DNA from: Anaerolineae bacterium
GTDB taxonomy: Bacteria; Chloroflexota; Anaerolineae; Promineifilales; Promineifilaceae
Direction of reading: 5' to 3'
DNA: 64,000 bases
NCBI GenBank assembly: GCA_026129185.1
Contig: JAHCIO010000019.1
Location: 4,198-68,197 of the forward strand
In this document: positions 47,015 to 56,499 of the stretch, piece by piece
How positions within the stretch are numbered: the stretch's first letter is position 1
Layout: each line of letters begins with the position of its first letter
Notes under the pieces: generated by a model
The model's database searches: none
The model's input: only the letters and a program-made list of their open reading frames with translations
Told to the model about the DNA's origin: nothing
Position numbers and translations under genes: made by a program

Positions 47015-47547
47015 CACCTTCTCCTGGCCTGGGCCACTTTTATGGCGGTGTCGCGATTGAGGCACAAAGTTGATTGAACGGCTTCCAAAGCCGTGGGGCT
47101 GAAGCGAGCCACGATTTGCTCGACAGTCAGACGGCTCAATTGCAGGCCGACGAGGAACTGCCCCGGATTGACGATGCAGATATCCTGATAGTGGTGCAGG
47201 TCCAGTAAATCGCGATCGCTGCTGACAAGATAATCGGCCTGTCCCTCGACGGCACAGGCCAGGAAGACATCATCTTTAGGATCGCGGCACGCGCCCGTGA
47301 CGGTCATCTGGCCCGGAACGTGCCATGAGTGATGCTCCAGTTCATCGGCAATCCAGGTCAAAGGTGCTTCGGCTCGCGCCCGAATGCGCGGCCGATCAAG
47401 GACACGCCGCAACTCGTCCCGCATGACGGCTGTCGCTAGCAAAGTGAACTCTTCTGCCTGCCAGGCGCGAATGATTTGGCTGGTAATCTCTCCCGACGTC
47501 AAAGCGAAGCTGACAAGGGTGCTGGTATCAATGACGACGCGAAGCAT
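47014..47547 (-). CDS. PIN-domain putative toxin
   Basis: VVIDTS, CRDPKDDVFLACA, YLVSSDRDLL. Confidence 0.9.
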   Translation of the reverse strand: MLRVVIDTSTLVSFALTSGEITSQIIRAWQAEEFTLLATAVMRDELRRVLDRPRIRARAEAPLTWIADELEHHSWHVPGQMTVTGACRDPKDDVFLACAVEGQADYLVSSDRDLLDLHHYQDICIVNPGQFLVGLQLSRLTVEQIVARFSPTALEAVQSTLCLNRDTAIKVAQARRR

Positions 47548-47558
47548 GACAACCGTTC

Positions 47559-47855
47559 CTAGCGCTCATCGTAAACTTCATCGCGCGCTGCATCAATGAG
47601 CGTTAGGAGTTGCTCTTCGGTCAAGTCAGAATTGATCTTGGCGTTGGCTTCGCCGGCTGCCAGTAGCCGCTCGAAAAACGATTGGCGCATCGCACGATAG
47701 GTCTTTAAGCTTTGATACTCATTGGCGTCTACGATCACGACCTGTGGCCGCCCAAACGTTTCCACTACGTAGGCCACCTGCTCTTCCTTCACCGCCTGAA
47801 TCACGTCCGTCAGGCGTTGCCGCAGTTCTGTTGTGCCGATCTGGCGCTCTTCCAT
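47559..47855 (-). CDS. Phd/YefM-family antitoxin
   Basis: IGTTELRQRLTDVIQAV..VVETFGRPQVVIV..EY. Confidence 0.88.
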   Translation of the reverse strand: MEERQIGTTELRQRLTDVIQAVKEEQVAYVVETFGRPQVVIVDANEYQSLKTYRAMRQSFFERLLAAGEANAKINSDLTEEQLLTLIDAARDEVYDER

Positions 47856-47941
47856 CGCTGGCCTCTTATAAGGTTTATGATGTTTGTAAACATTATACAC
47901 GTTTTAGTCGCGTTAGGCCAACGGATTCTCCTTCTCCTGTG

Positions 47942-47995
47942 GCGGGCGATTCGGGAGAATCGCGCCACGCGGGCGATTCGGGAGAATCGCGCCAC
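47942..47995. repeat. Two tandem 27-bp REP-like hairpin units
   Basis: GCGGGCGATTCGGGAGAATCGCGCCAC x2. Confidence 0.75.
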
Positions 47996-48180
47996 TCGTC
48001 GCCATTTGACGCTCATCGGCGCGGTGCTAGAATGCGGTGAGCGTCCATCGGGCGCTTGGGGCGGCGCGGTTGCAGCCCTTATGTCCCCCAGACTGGCAAA
48101 GGGCCTTGAGCCGGCAGCGTTGCCCTGTAAGTCACCGCAGCGAGCAGCTTCACAACAGTATCACCCAGCAGGAGCAACAC

Positions 48181-48930
48181 ATGAAACTGGAAAACAAGGT
48201 CGCCCTGGTCACGGGCGCCGGCTCCGGCATTGGCCGGGCCGTTGCCGAACGATTCGTCCAGGAAGGCGCGCGCGTCCTGGGCGCCGACATCCGCAGCGAT
48301 CGGTTGGACGAGGTCAGCGCAGCGCTGAACGCGGCCGGCGCCTTCACGACCTTCACCGGCAGCGTCGGCGACCGGGCCGACAACGCCCGCATGATGGACG
48401 CCGTCATGGATACCTACGGCCGGCTGGACATCGTCGTCAACAATGCCGGCATCATGGACGACTTCTACCCCCTGGCCGAGCTGGACGACGCCCTGTGGGA
48501 TCGGGTCATGGCCATCAACCTGGATGGGCCGATGGTCATCTGCCGGCGGGCGTTGCAGATCATGCTGCCGCAGGGCGGCGGCGCGATCATCAACGTCGCC
48601 TCCATCGGCGGCCTGTTCGGTGGCCGGGCGGGCGTGGCCTACACCACGTCGAAGCACGCCATCATAGGCCTGTCGCGCAGCGTCGCCTTCCACTACGCCC
48701 AGCAGGGCATCCGCTGCAACGTCATCGCCCCCGGCGGCGTGGCCACCAACATCGAGGTCAAGAACCCCAGCATGTTCGGCTACCAGCGCTTGCAGACGAC
48801 GCTGGCGATGGTGCCGCGCCAGGGCCAGCCCGGCGAACTGGCCGCGGCGGCGCTCTTCCTGGCCTCCGACGACGCCAGCTTCGTCAACGGCGAAGTGCTG
48901 GTCGTCGACGGCGGCTGGACGGCCGGCTAA
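48181..48930 (+). CDS. Classical SDR oxidoreductase
   Basis: TGAGSGIG, NNAGI, YTTSK. Confidence 0.92.
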   Translation: MKLENKVALVTGAGSGIGRAVAERFVQEGARVLGADIRSDRLDEVSAALNAAGAFTTFTGSVGDRADNARMMDAVMDTYGRLDIVVNNAGIMDDFYPLAELDDALWDRVMAINLDGPMVICRRALQIMLPQGGGAIINVASIGGLFGGRAGVAYTTSKHAIIGLSRSVAFHYAQQGIRCNVIAPGGVATNIEVKNPSMFGYQRLQTTLAMVPRQGQPGELAAAALFLASDDASFVNGEVLVVDGGWTAG

Positions 48931-49030
48931 GGCCGGCCTCCTAACACAAAGCCAACCACTTCTTCACATCTTCTGAACGGCGGGCGGCTACCATCTGGAA
49001 AGTAGATTGCTTTTCAGAAGGAGCCGCCTG

Positions 49031-49762
49031 ATGAAACCAGACCGAAGATTGATGAGCCGGCGCGAGTTTCTCATCGCCGCCGGGTGTGGTTGTGCCGCGA
49101 CGGTACTTGTCGGCAGCGGCTGTGCGCGCAATAGCGCCGCCGCTGCCGCCGACACCGTCATCTGCCCCTACGGCTACGTCTATGACACCTGGCCGGGGCA
49201 GTGCCCGCGCTACGTCGATAGCAACGGCAGCGGTTACTGCGATTACTCCGAACCCATCACCGCCACGACGGGGACGACGCAGGCCGCGACCGAGTCCGCT
49301 CTCTCCACGGCCGCCGGCACGACAACCACCTATAGCCCCACCACCTCGACCGCCCTGTGCGACCGGCACTGTAGCTATCCCGGCCGGTGCGCCCGCTTTG
49401 TCGATAGCGACAACTCCGGCTACTGCGACTGGTCGGAAAGCGGCGTAGCGGCTCAGGCAGCCGGCAGCGCGGCGACGGCCACGCCCGCCGCGACCACGGC
49501 CGCGACGACGACCGGCAGCGCCGCGGCAACGGCCACACCCGCCGCGACGGCCACATCTGCGGCCGCCACAGCGACAGCTGTGGCCCCCACAGCCACCGCG
49601 GCCGCCCTGGTGGTGCTCTGCAACCGCGGCTGTCGCACCCCCGGCAGCTGTGGCCGCTTCACCGACGCCAACGGCAGCGGCATCTGCGACCTGTTCGAGG
49701 GCGTGCCCGCCGACCAGGCCGCCAACTACGCTCAGCCGGGCCGGCGCGGGCGGGGAGGCTAA
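49031..49762 (+). CDS. Tat-exported protein with three Cys-rich repeats
   Basis: SRREFL twin-Arg signal; three PGxCxR(Y/F)xDx(N/D)xSGxCD repeats separated by Ala/Thr linkers. Confidence 0.75.
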   Translation: MKPDRRLMSRREFLIAAGCGCAATVLVGSGCARNSAAAAADTVICPYGYVYDTWPGQCPRYVDSNGSGYCDYSEPITATTGTTQAATESALSTAAGTTTTYSPTTSTALCDRHCSYPGRCARFVDSDNSGYCDWSESGVAAQAAGSAATATPAATTAATTTGSAAATATPAATATSAAATATAVAPTATAAALVVLCNRGCRTPGSCGRFTDANGSGICDLFEGVPADQAANYAQPGRRGRGG

Positions 49763-49766
49763 CGCC

Positions 49767-50291
49767 ATGACCACGACCACGACGCGCAAAACCAACCCAA
49801 CGCGGGTCAACCTGTGGCTCGACGTGCTCATGCTGATCGTCTTCCTGATCGTCTTCGATCCGCGGCTAACGGGCGGTACGCTCCACGAATGGCTGGGGCT
49901 GGCCATCGGCGCGACGGTCATCGTCCACCTGCTGCGGCACTGGAACTGGATCGCGCAGGTGACCAAGCGCTTCCTGGGGCGGACGACGGCCGCGGCGCGC
50001 TTGAACTACCTTGTGGACGCGCTGTTCTTCGTCGCCCTGACGCTGATCATCCTGTCGGGCCTGATGATCTCCGAGGTCGTCCTGCCCTTCGTGGGGCTGA
50101 GCGGCGCGGAGTCGCCCTTCTGGCATCTGCTGCACAACATGGCTGCCAGCTGGGCCGTGGCACTCGTCGCCATCCATACGGCGCTGCATTGGAAATGGAT
50201 TGTCAACACTGTCCGTCGCTACGTCCTGCGGCCGGCGAGTGTCGCCGGGCGGGCCGTCGTCGGGCGCACGCAGAAAGAGGTTACGCAATGA
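49767..50291 (+). CDS. DUF4405-like cytochrome b-type membrane protein
   Basis: Four TM segments with His-rich motifs LHEWLG, VHLLRHW, WHLLHN, IHTALHW. Confidence 0.8.
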   Translation: MTTTTTRKTNPTRVNLWLDVLMLIVFLIVFDPRLTGGTLHEWLGLAIGATVIVHLLRHWNWIAQVTKRFLGRTTAAARLNYLVDALFFVALTLIILSGLMISEVVLPFVGLSGAESPFWHLLHNMAASWAVALVAIHTALHWKWIVNTVRRYVLRPASVAGRAVVGRTQKEVTQ

Positions 50292-50599
50292 AAACAGTAT
50301 CTCGCATCGCCCTAATCTTGCTGGCAGCCGTCCTCATCGCCGGGGCCACCTACGCGCTGGCGCAGAGCGGCTGGGCCGATAGCTTCACCAATGGCGTCAT
50401 CGGCGCGAACCAGGCGCAGATGACCGCCACCCACGACGCCTTGGCGGCCGCCGGCGCGCAGCCGGAAGGCGGCGGCGAATACTTCGCCATGGCCGGCAAT
50501 CTGCTCAAGATCGCCCTCGTCGCCGCGGGGGTGATCCTGCTAAGCGTCGTCCTGGAGAAGCGCGCCAGGCTGCGGAGGGTGCGAATACTTTTGGTGTAA
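50288..50599 (+). CDS. Small two-TM membrane protein; C-terminus and stop supplied by the IS end
   Basis: ATGA overlap with the upstream gene; the last codons lie in the IS left TIR. Confidence 0.7.
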   Translation: MKTVSRIALILLAAVLIAGATYALAQSGWADSFTNGVIGANQAQMTATHDALAAAGAQPEGGGEYFAMAGNLLKIALVAAGVILLSVVLEKRARLRRVRILLV

Positions 50600-52145
50600 A
50601 AAGGGGCTAGGGGGACAATAGGGTATGGATGAGAAAGGAGTTCCCCAGCCAGAAGTACCCAACGAATTGGCCCGCAAGATGAGTCAGTGGCGGCAGGCCA
50701 ACCCCAACGCGACATTGACTGAGATCGAGGCAGCGGTGGAAGCCGAACTGGCCGAGTTGCGACGGCAACTGGTGCAAGCGATGGTGCAAGAAGAAGCCGA
50801 TGCGCAGCCCGACGTGCCGGACTGTCCGCAATGTGGCCAGGCAATGGTCAAGAATGGGCGGCGGAAACGAAAACTACAGACGAAAGAAGGCCAAACAATC
50901 CAGCTTGAGCGGCCGCAATGGCGTTGTCTGGCCTGTGGGACAACGCTTTTTCCCCCTGGATAGAGCGTTAGGATTGCTGCCCGGCGCATACACACCGCAA
51001 GTGCAGGAGGCCATCACGCGCTTGGGCAGCCGGATGAGCTACGGCGAGGCGCGGGAAGAGTTGGCCCGGTTGTGGAAGGTGAAGATAAGCACAGGGAGTC
51101 TACGCCAGGTGACGCTGCGGCATGGGATTGTGGCCGACCGCCTCATCCAGGAGCAGGTGGCGCAGTTGGAGGCGACCAGCCCGGAGCCAACGGCGCAACC
51201 AGAGCAGTTGGTGATGTGCGTCGACGGGGCGATGGTGCAGGTGACGAGCGGGGAATGGCGCGAGGTCAAGACGATGGCCCTGGGTGAATTCAAGCCGTAT
51301 TGGGATGCCAAAGAGCGCCAAGTGGTGACCCAAACGACGCACCTGAGCTACTTTTCCCGGGCGGACACAGCCGAGAACTTCAGCCGCTTGGCGCTGGCCG
51401 AATGGCAGCGCCGGGGCGGGGATAACGCCCACACCGTCGTCGCGGTTCAGGACGGGGCGGCGTGGATTCAGGGGGTCATTGACACTCATTGCCCCCAGGC
51501 GACCCGCATCATTGATTTTGCTCATGCGCAGGGCTACCTGGCCGTCGTCGGACGAGCGATCTATGGTCCGGAGACGGACGCCTTTCGCCAGTGGTATGGT
51601 CGGATGTCGCGGCAGTTGGGCCACCAACCCCCGCAGCGCACAGTGGGCGAACTACGACTGCTGCAACGACAGCATCCCGACCACCTCCAGGCCACAGAGA
51701 TAGAGGCGGCCATCCGCTATCTGGAAACCCGTTTGCCGATGATTGATTACCCCCATTTTCGTCGCCAACAACTGCCCATCGGCTCAGGCATCGTCGAGAG
51801 TGGCCACAAGGTGGTCATGCAGAAACGGATGAAACAGGCGGGCATGCGCTGGTCCGAATCCAGTCTTAACCCCATGCTGGCCTTACGCACCGCTTTGTGT
51901 AACCAGATCTGGAACCAGACCTGGCAAGAGATTGAGGCCCGTGTTCGTCAGGATAGGTTCCCAATTCGCGCCCAACCGCAACAGCCACCGACCACAGCAA
52001 CCACAGATACGGTGACAGACGCAGACTGCCAACGCCTGATTGGCTTAGCCGAGCGAATGGCCGCGCGAAAACGACAACCCTGGCGGGACCATCGCTGGGT
52101 CTTCCCACGGCGGGCACATCTCTTACACCAAAAGTAATCGCACCC
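50577..52145 (+). mobile_element. ISKra4-like insertion sequence (1569 bp)
   Basis: 23-bp TIRs with one mismatch (50577-50599, 52123-52145); 8-bp TSD GCTGCGGA (50569-50576, 52146-52153). Confidence 0.92.
50625..52137 (+). CDS. ISKra4-like DDE transposase split in two frames at TTTTTCCCCC (50947-50956)
   Basis: OrfA has a CPQC..CLAC Zn ribbon. OrfB continues FFPLD.. with VDGA, QDGAAWI, IIDFAHA and GSGIVESGHK. Confidence 0.85.
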
Positions 52146-52160
52146 GCTGCGGATTGCCGT

Positions 52161-52189
52161 TTGACTTCTCACCCCATCCCGGCTATAAT
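52161..52189 (+). promoter_or_regulatory. Sigma70 promoter (TTGACT-17-TATAAT) for the P1B ATPase
   Basis: Near-consensus hexamers with ideal spacing. Confidence 0.8.
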
Positions 52190-52350
52190 TTAACCAGCGT
52201 TAAATTCAACAGTAACGCTGATTAAGAATAAAGTTGCCCTTTGGTAGGCGGGCGCGCCTCCAAAGGGCAATTGGCTATTGGGGCGGCAATGCGCCCGTCG
52301 CCGACCGGCGACCCCATTCCTGCGGCCCGCCCCAACTGAGGGAACCAGCC

Positions 52351-54915
52351 ATGCCAGACCCCCGCCCCATCGAAGCCGAGGAGCCGAGCTGTCTCGAACT
52401 CCTCGACGAAGCCGTCGCTGACCAAAAGGGCATCGTCAACGTGGCCGTAGACACGGCCGACGAGACGATCACCTTCGCCTATGACCCCCAGCGCGTCAGC
52501 GAGGGCGACATCCTGCGCGTTGCCCACGCTGTTGCCCCGGCGCTGCAACAGCGTTGGGAGCGCTGCACGCTGCGGCTGGAGAAGCGCGGCGGCCGGGCGT
52601 GCGAGTCGTGCGCGCTGGCGCTGGAACGGCAGGTCGGCCGCCTGCCCGGCGTGCGCCAGGCCACGGCGAGCTTCGCCGGCGGCGTCATGGCCGTCCACTA
52701 CGACAGCGGTCTGATCAGCATCAGCGACATCGCCCAGCGCGTGGAGCAATTCGGCGTCGGCGTGGGGCCATCGGCCGCGGCCCGGGTTGCCGCGCCGCCC
52801 GCCCCAACGACCCGCCTCGGCCGCGCCCGCGTCTGGCTGACGCCGCAACGGCTCCAGGCCATCTTGACCGTCATCACCTTCGTGGCCATGATCGCCGCCT
52901 GGCTGCTGCAGCGGACGGCCGCCGGCCCGGCCTGGCTGGCGCCGGCGCTGTTCGCCGTGGCCTATGTGGCCGGCGGCGCGTTTGGCCTGAAGGGCGGCGT
53001 CGAATCGCTCATGGCCCGCACCATCGACATCGACCTGCTGATGATCCTGGCCGCCCTGGGCGCGGCTATCGTCGGCCAGCCGTTCGAAGGGGCCATGCTG
53101 CTGTTCCTCTTCTCGCTATCCAACACGCTGCAAGACTTCGCCCTTGATCGGACGCGCAACGCCATCCGCGCCCTGATGAAGCTGCGGCCGGACGAGGCCA
53201 CGGTTTACCGCGGCGAGCGCCTCGTCACCCTGCCCATTGAGCAGGTGCGCGTTGGCGACCGGATGCTGGTCAAGCCCGGCGACCGCATTGCCCTCGACGG
53301 CATGGTACTCAACGGCGCGGGCAGCGTCGATCAGGCGTCGCTGACGGGCGAATCGATTCCGGTCTACAAGAAGCCCGGCGACACGTGCTTCGCCGGCACG
53401 ATCAACCAGGATGGCAGCCTGGAGATCGGCGTCACCAAGCTGGCCAAGGACTCGACGCTGGCCCGGCTTATCCAACTGGTGGAGGAGGCGCAGAGCGAGA
53501 AGGCCGAGACGCAGCGCTTCATCGACCGTTTCGAGCAGTGGTACGCGCTGGGCGTCATCGTCCTGACGGCGCTGGTGGCCACCCTGCTGCCGCTGATCTT
53601 TGGCCAGTCGTGGAACGCGGCCTTCTACACGGCCATGACCGTCATGGTCGCCGCCTCGCCCTGCGCCATCGTCATCAGCACGCCGGCCACCGTCCTATCG
53701 GCCATCGGCAACGGGGCGCGGCGGGGCGTGCTGTTCAAGGGCGGCGTCCACGTGGAGAACGCCGCCACCGTCCGCGCCGTGGCCTTCGACAAGACGGGCA
53801 CGCTGACCGAGGGCAAGCCGGTGGTGACCGACGTCGTCTTGCTGGAGGAGGCAGAAGTTAACGCCAGGGCGCAAGGGGGCGAGGACGCAAGGGAAGAGAT
53901 TAACGCAAGGACGCAAGGACGCAAGGACGCGAGGGGAAATGAGGCGGGGAATGAGGCGATGACGTTGGCCCGGCCGGGCGGGCTGGCGCTGGCGTCGGCC
54001 GAGGAGTTGTTGCTCCTGGCCGCGGCCGTGGAGGCGCGTTCGCAACACCCGCTGGCGGCGGCCATCGTCGCTGAAGCGGCGGCGCGCGAGCTGGAACTGC
54101 TGCCGGTGGCCCACTTCCAATCCGTCGCCGGGCAGGGCGTGCGCGGCACGGTGACGGCCCCCGGCCACGGCCCGCTGACGATCCACATCGGCAACGCGCG
54201 CTACTTCGACAGCTATGGGCTGGATGGCGCGATGGAAGCGACCAGCGCCCGCGTGGCTGCCCTGGAGGAACAGGGCAAGACCAGCGTGATCGTGGCCGCG
54301 GAGAGGCCCACGGCCGGCGGTGAGTTGTCGCTGACCCTGCTGGGCATCATCGCTCTGGCCGACGTGTTGCGGGCCGATGCCCCGGCGGTCGTGCGCGAGC
54401 TAAAGGCGGCCGGCGTCGAGCGGGTCATTATGCTGACCGGCGATAACAAGCGCGTCGCCCGGCGCATCGCCGCCCAGGCGGGCGTGGACGAGGTCTTTGC
54501 CGACCTGCTGCCGGAGGACAAGGTCAACGCCATCCGCCATGTGCGCGACCACTTCGGCCCGGTGGCCATGGTCGGCGACGGCGTCAATGACGCCCCGGCG
54601 CTGGCCGCGGCGACTATCGGCATCGCTATGGGCGCGGCCGGCACCGACGTGGCCCTGGAGACGGCCGACATCGTCCTGATGAGCGACAACCTGCGCAACA
54701 TCCCCTACGTCATTCGCCTGAGCCGGGCCACGCGGCGGACGCTCATCGTCAACCTCGGCTTTGCTCTGTTCATGATCGCCCTGATGCTGGTGACCATCTT
54801 CGCCCGCAACCTGCCGCTGCCGCTGGCCGTCGTCGGCCACGAGGGCGGCACGGTGCTGGTGTCGCTCAATGGCCTGCGGCTGCTGGGGTATCGCGATAGG
54901 ACAAGAAGTGGATAG
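52351..54915 (+). CDS. Heavy-metal P-type ATPase, P1B-4-type signatures
   Basis: N-terminal HMA-like domains (CESC), LTGES, ASPC, DKTGTLT, HP, GDGVNDAP, HEGGT. Confidence 0.93.
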   Translation: MPDPRPIEAEEPSCLELLDEAVADQKGIVNVAVDTADETITFAYDPQRVSEGDILRVAHAVAPALQQRWERCTLRLEKRGGRACESCALALERQVGRLPGVRQATASFAGGVMAVHYDSGLISISDIAQRVEQFGVGVGPSAAARVAAPPAPTTRLGRARVWLTPQRLQAILTVITFVAMIAAWLLQRTAAGPAWLAPALFAVAYVAGGAFGLKGGVESLMARTIDIDLLMILAALGAAIVGQPFEGAMLLFLFSLSNTLQDFALDRTRNAIRALMKLRPDEATVYRGERLVTLPIEQVRVGDRMLVKPGDRIALDGMVLNGAGSVDQASLTGESIPVYKKPGDTCFAGTINQDGSLEIGVTKLAKDSTLARLIQLVEEAQSEKAETQRFIDRFEQWYALGVIVLTALVATLLPLIFGQSWNAAFYTAMTVMVAASPCAIVISTPATVLSAIGNGARRGVLFKGGVHVENAATVRAVAFDKTGTLTEGKPVVTDVVLLEEAEVNARAQGGEDAREEINARTQGRKDARGNEAGNEAMTLARPGGLALASAEELLLLAAAVEARSQHPLAAAIVAEAAARELELLPVAHFQSVAGQGVRGTVTAPGHGPLTIHIGNARYFDSYGLDGAMEATSARVAALEEQGKTSVIVAAERPTAGGELSLTLLGIIALADVLRADAPAVVRELKAAGVERVIMLTGDNKRVARRIAAQAGVDEVFADLLPEDKVNAIRHVRDHFGPVAMVGDGVNDAPALAAATIGIAMGAAGTDVALETADIVLMSDNLRNIPYVIRLSRATRRTLIVNLGFALFMIALMLVTIFARNLPLPLAVVGHEGGTVLVSLNGLRLLGYRDRTRSG

Positions 54916-55070
54916 TGATCAGTGACCAGTAAGTAGTGGACAGTGGACACTGCTTACCGCTTACTGCTTACTGCTTACTGCTTACTGCTTACTGCTTACT
55001 GCTTACTGCTTACTGCTCACTGCTCACTGCTCACTGCTCACTGCTCACTGCTTACTGCTCACTGTCCACT
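54916..55070. repeat. Heptamer tandem array (CT(T/C)ACTG)x16 with a short inverted CAGT arm
   Basis: 16 units at 54953-55064; inverted CAGTGA/CAGTAA/CAGTGG units at 54916-54946. Confidence 0.9.
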
Positions 55071-55150
55071 TCTCTTCTATTCTTTCTCCCCCGATTGTCC
55101 TAAAATGGGTCGGAGGCCGCCGGACACACGGTGGCCCAACGGACAACCCT

Positions 55151-55858
55151 ATGGCTCACCTTCAAGGACAAGAGCGCGCCGAGTACGTGCAGGATATGTT
55201 CGCCCGCATTGCCGGCCGCTACGACACGATGAACCGGCTGATGACCTTCGGTCAGGACGTTCGCTGGCGGCGAGATGTCATCCGCCTGGCCAACCTGCCC
55301 GCGGGCGGCCGGCTGCTCGACATCGCCACGGGCACGGGCGACATCGCCGACGAGGGCCGGCGGCAAGTGCCCGACCTGCACGCCGTCGGCGGCGACTTCA
55401 CCATCGAGATGATGCGCGCCGGCAAGCGCCTGCCCGGCCGGGAGACGATCCGCTGGGTGGCGGCCGACACGCTGAGGCTGCCCTTCCCCGACGAGACGTT
55501 CGACGCCGTCACCTCCGGCTTCCTGATGCGCAACGTTATCAACGTGGCCGGGGCGTTCCGCGAGCAGTGGCGCGTGACGCGCCCCGGCGGGCGGGTCGTC
55601 GTGCTGGAGTCCAGCCCGCCCAAGGACAATCTGCTGCGGCCGTTCATCAGAATCCACCTGAACACGGTCATCCCCACGCTCGGCCGGCTCATCACCGGCG
55701 AGGCCGACGCCTACCGCTATCTGCCCGACAGCACCCAGGGCTTCCAGGGGCCGGCGGAACTGGCGGCGACGATGCGCGACAGCGGCTTTGTGGACGTGGA
55801 CTACCGGCTGTATATGTTCGGGACAATCGCCATTCATGCAGGGACGAAGCCAGGCTAG
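55151..55858 (+). CDS. menG: Demethylmenaquinone methyltransferase (UbiE/MenG)
   Basis: YDTMNRLMTFG, LDIATGTGD, AYRYLPDS. Confidence 0.85.
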   Translation: MAHLQGQERAEYVQDMFARIAGRYDTMNRLMTFGQDVRWRRDVIRLANLPAGGRLLDIATGTGDIADEGRRQVPDLHAVGGDFTIEMMRAGKRLPGRETIRWVAADTLRLPFPDETFDAVTSGFLMRNVINVAGAFREQWRVTRPGGRVVVLESSPPKDNLLRPFIRIHLNTVIPTLGRLITGEADAYRYLPDSTQGFQGPAELAATMRDSGFVDVDYRLYMFGTIAIHAGTKPG

Positions 55859-55859
55859 T

Positions 55860-56486
55860 ATGAGCACCCTCAACCTCTCCGGCCAGGTGGCCATCGTCAC
55901 CGGCGCGGGCCAGGCGGCCGGCGCGGCCGTGGCCCGGGCGCTGGCCGCGGCCGGCGCGCGCGTGGCCGTCAACGATCTCAACCCTGACCGCATCGCCCGG
56001 CTGACGGCCGAATTGCGCGCCGGCGGCGGCCAGGCCCTCGACATCGCCGCCGACACGGCCAGCAAGTTCCAATGCGTCACCCTCATCGAGACAACCCGCG
56101 CCGAGTGGGAGCGCGTCGATATCCTCGTCAACGCCACCTCCGTCCGCCCGGCGGCGGCGGTGCTGAAGATGGACGAGTGGGAGTGGGCGCGCTGCCACGA
56201 CGTGAACCTGAAAGCAGCCTTCTTCATGTGCCAACTCGTCGGCCGGGTCATGGACGACCAGAACCGAGCCGCGCCCGATGCCCGCGGCGGGCTGATCGTC
56301 AACGTCGCCTGGCCCGCGCCGGACGAGGACGGCCGCGCCGCCTATGCCGCCGGGCAGGCCGGGCTGGTGGCCTTTGGCCGCGTCTGCGCGCGGGAGTTCG
56401 CGCCGCTGGGCGTGCGCGTCGAGACGGTCATGGCCGACCCCGCCGCGCCCGAAGCCGTCGCCGGGCAAGTGCTGGAGCTATTCTAG
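55860..56486 (+). CDS. Atypical SDR-fold protein
   Basis: SDR Rossmann start TGAGQAAG, DILVN; the YxxxK motif is replaced by YAAGQ. Confidence 0.75.
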   Translation: MSTLNLSGQVAIVTGAGQAAGAAVARALAAAGARVAVNDLNPDRIARLTAELRAGGGQALDIAADTASKFQCVTLIETTRAEWERVDILVNATSVRPAAAVLKMDEWEWARCHDVNLKAAFFMCQLVGRVMDDQNRAAPDARGGLIVNVAWPAPDEDGRAAYAAGQAGLVAFGRVCAREFAPLGVRVETVMADPAAPEAVAGQVLELF

Positions 56487-56499
56487 GCAATAAGACCTC

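Noticed and set aside
54943-55863. 306-aa ORF beginning with [12 protein letters not shown] repeats
   Set aside because: Its N-terminus is the translated heptamer VNTR and the rest is an alternative frame over menG.
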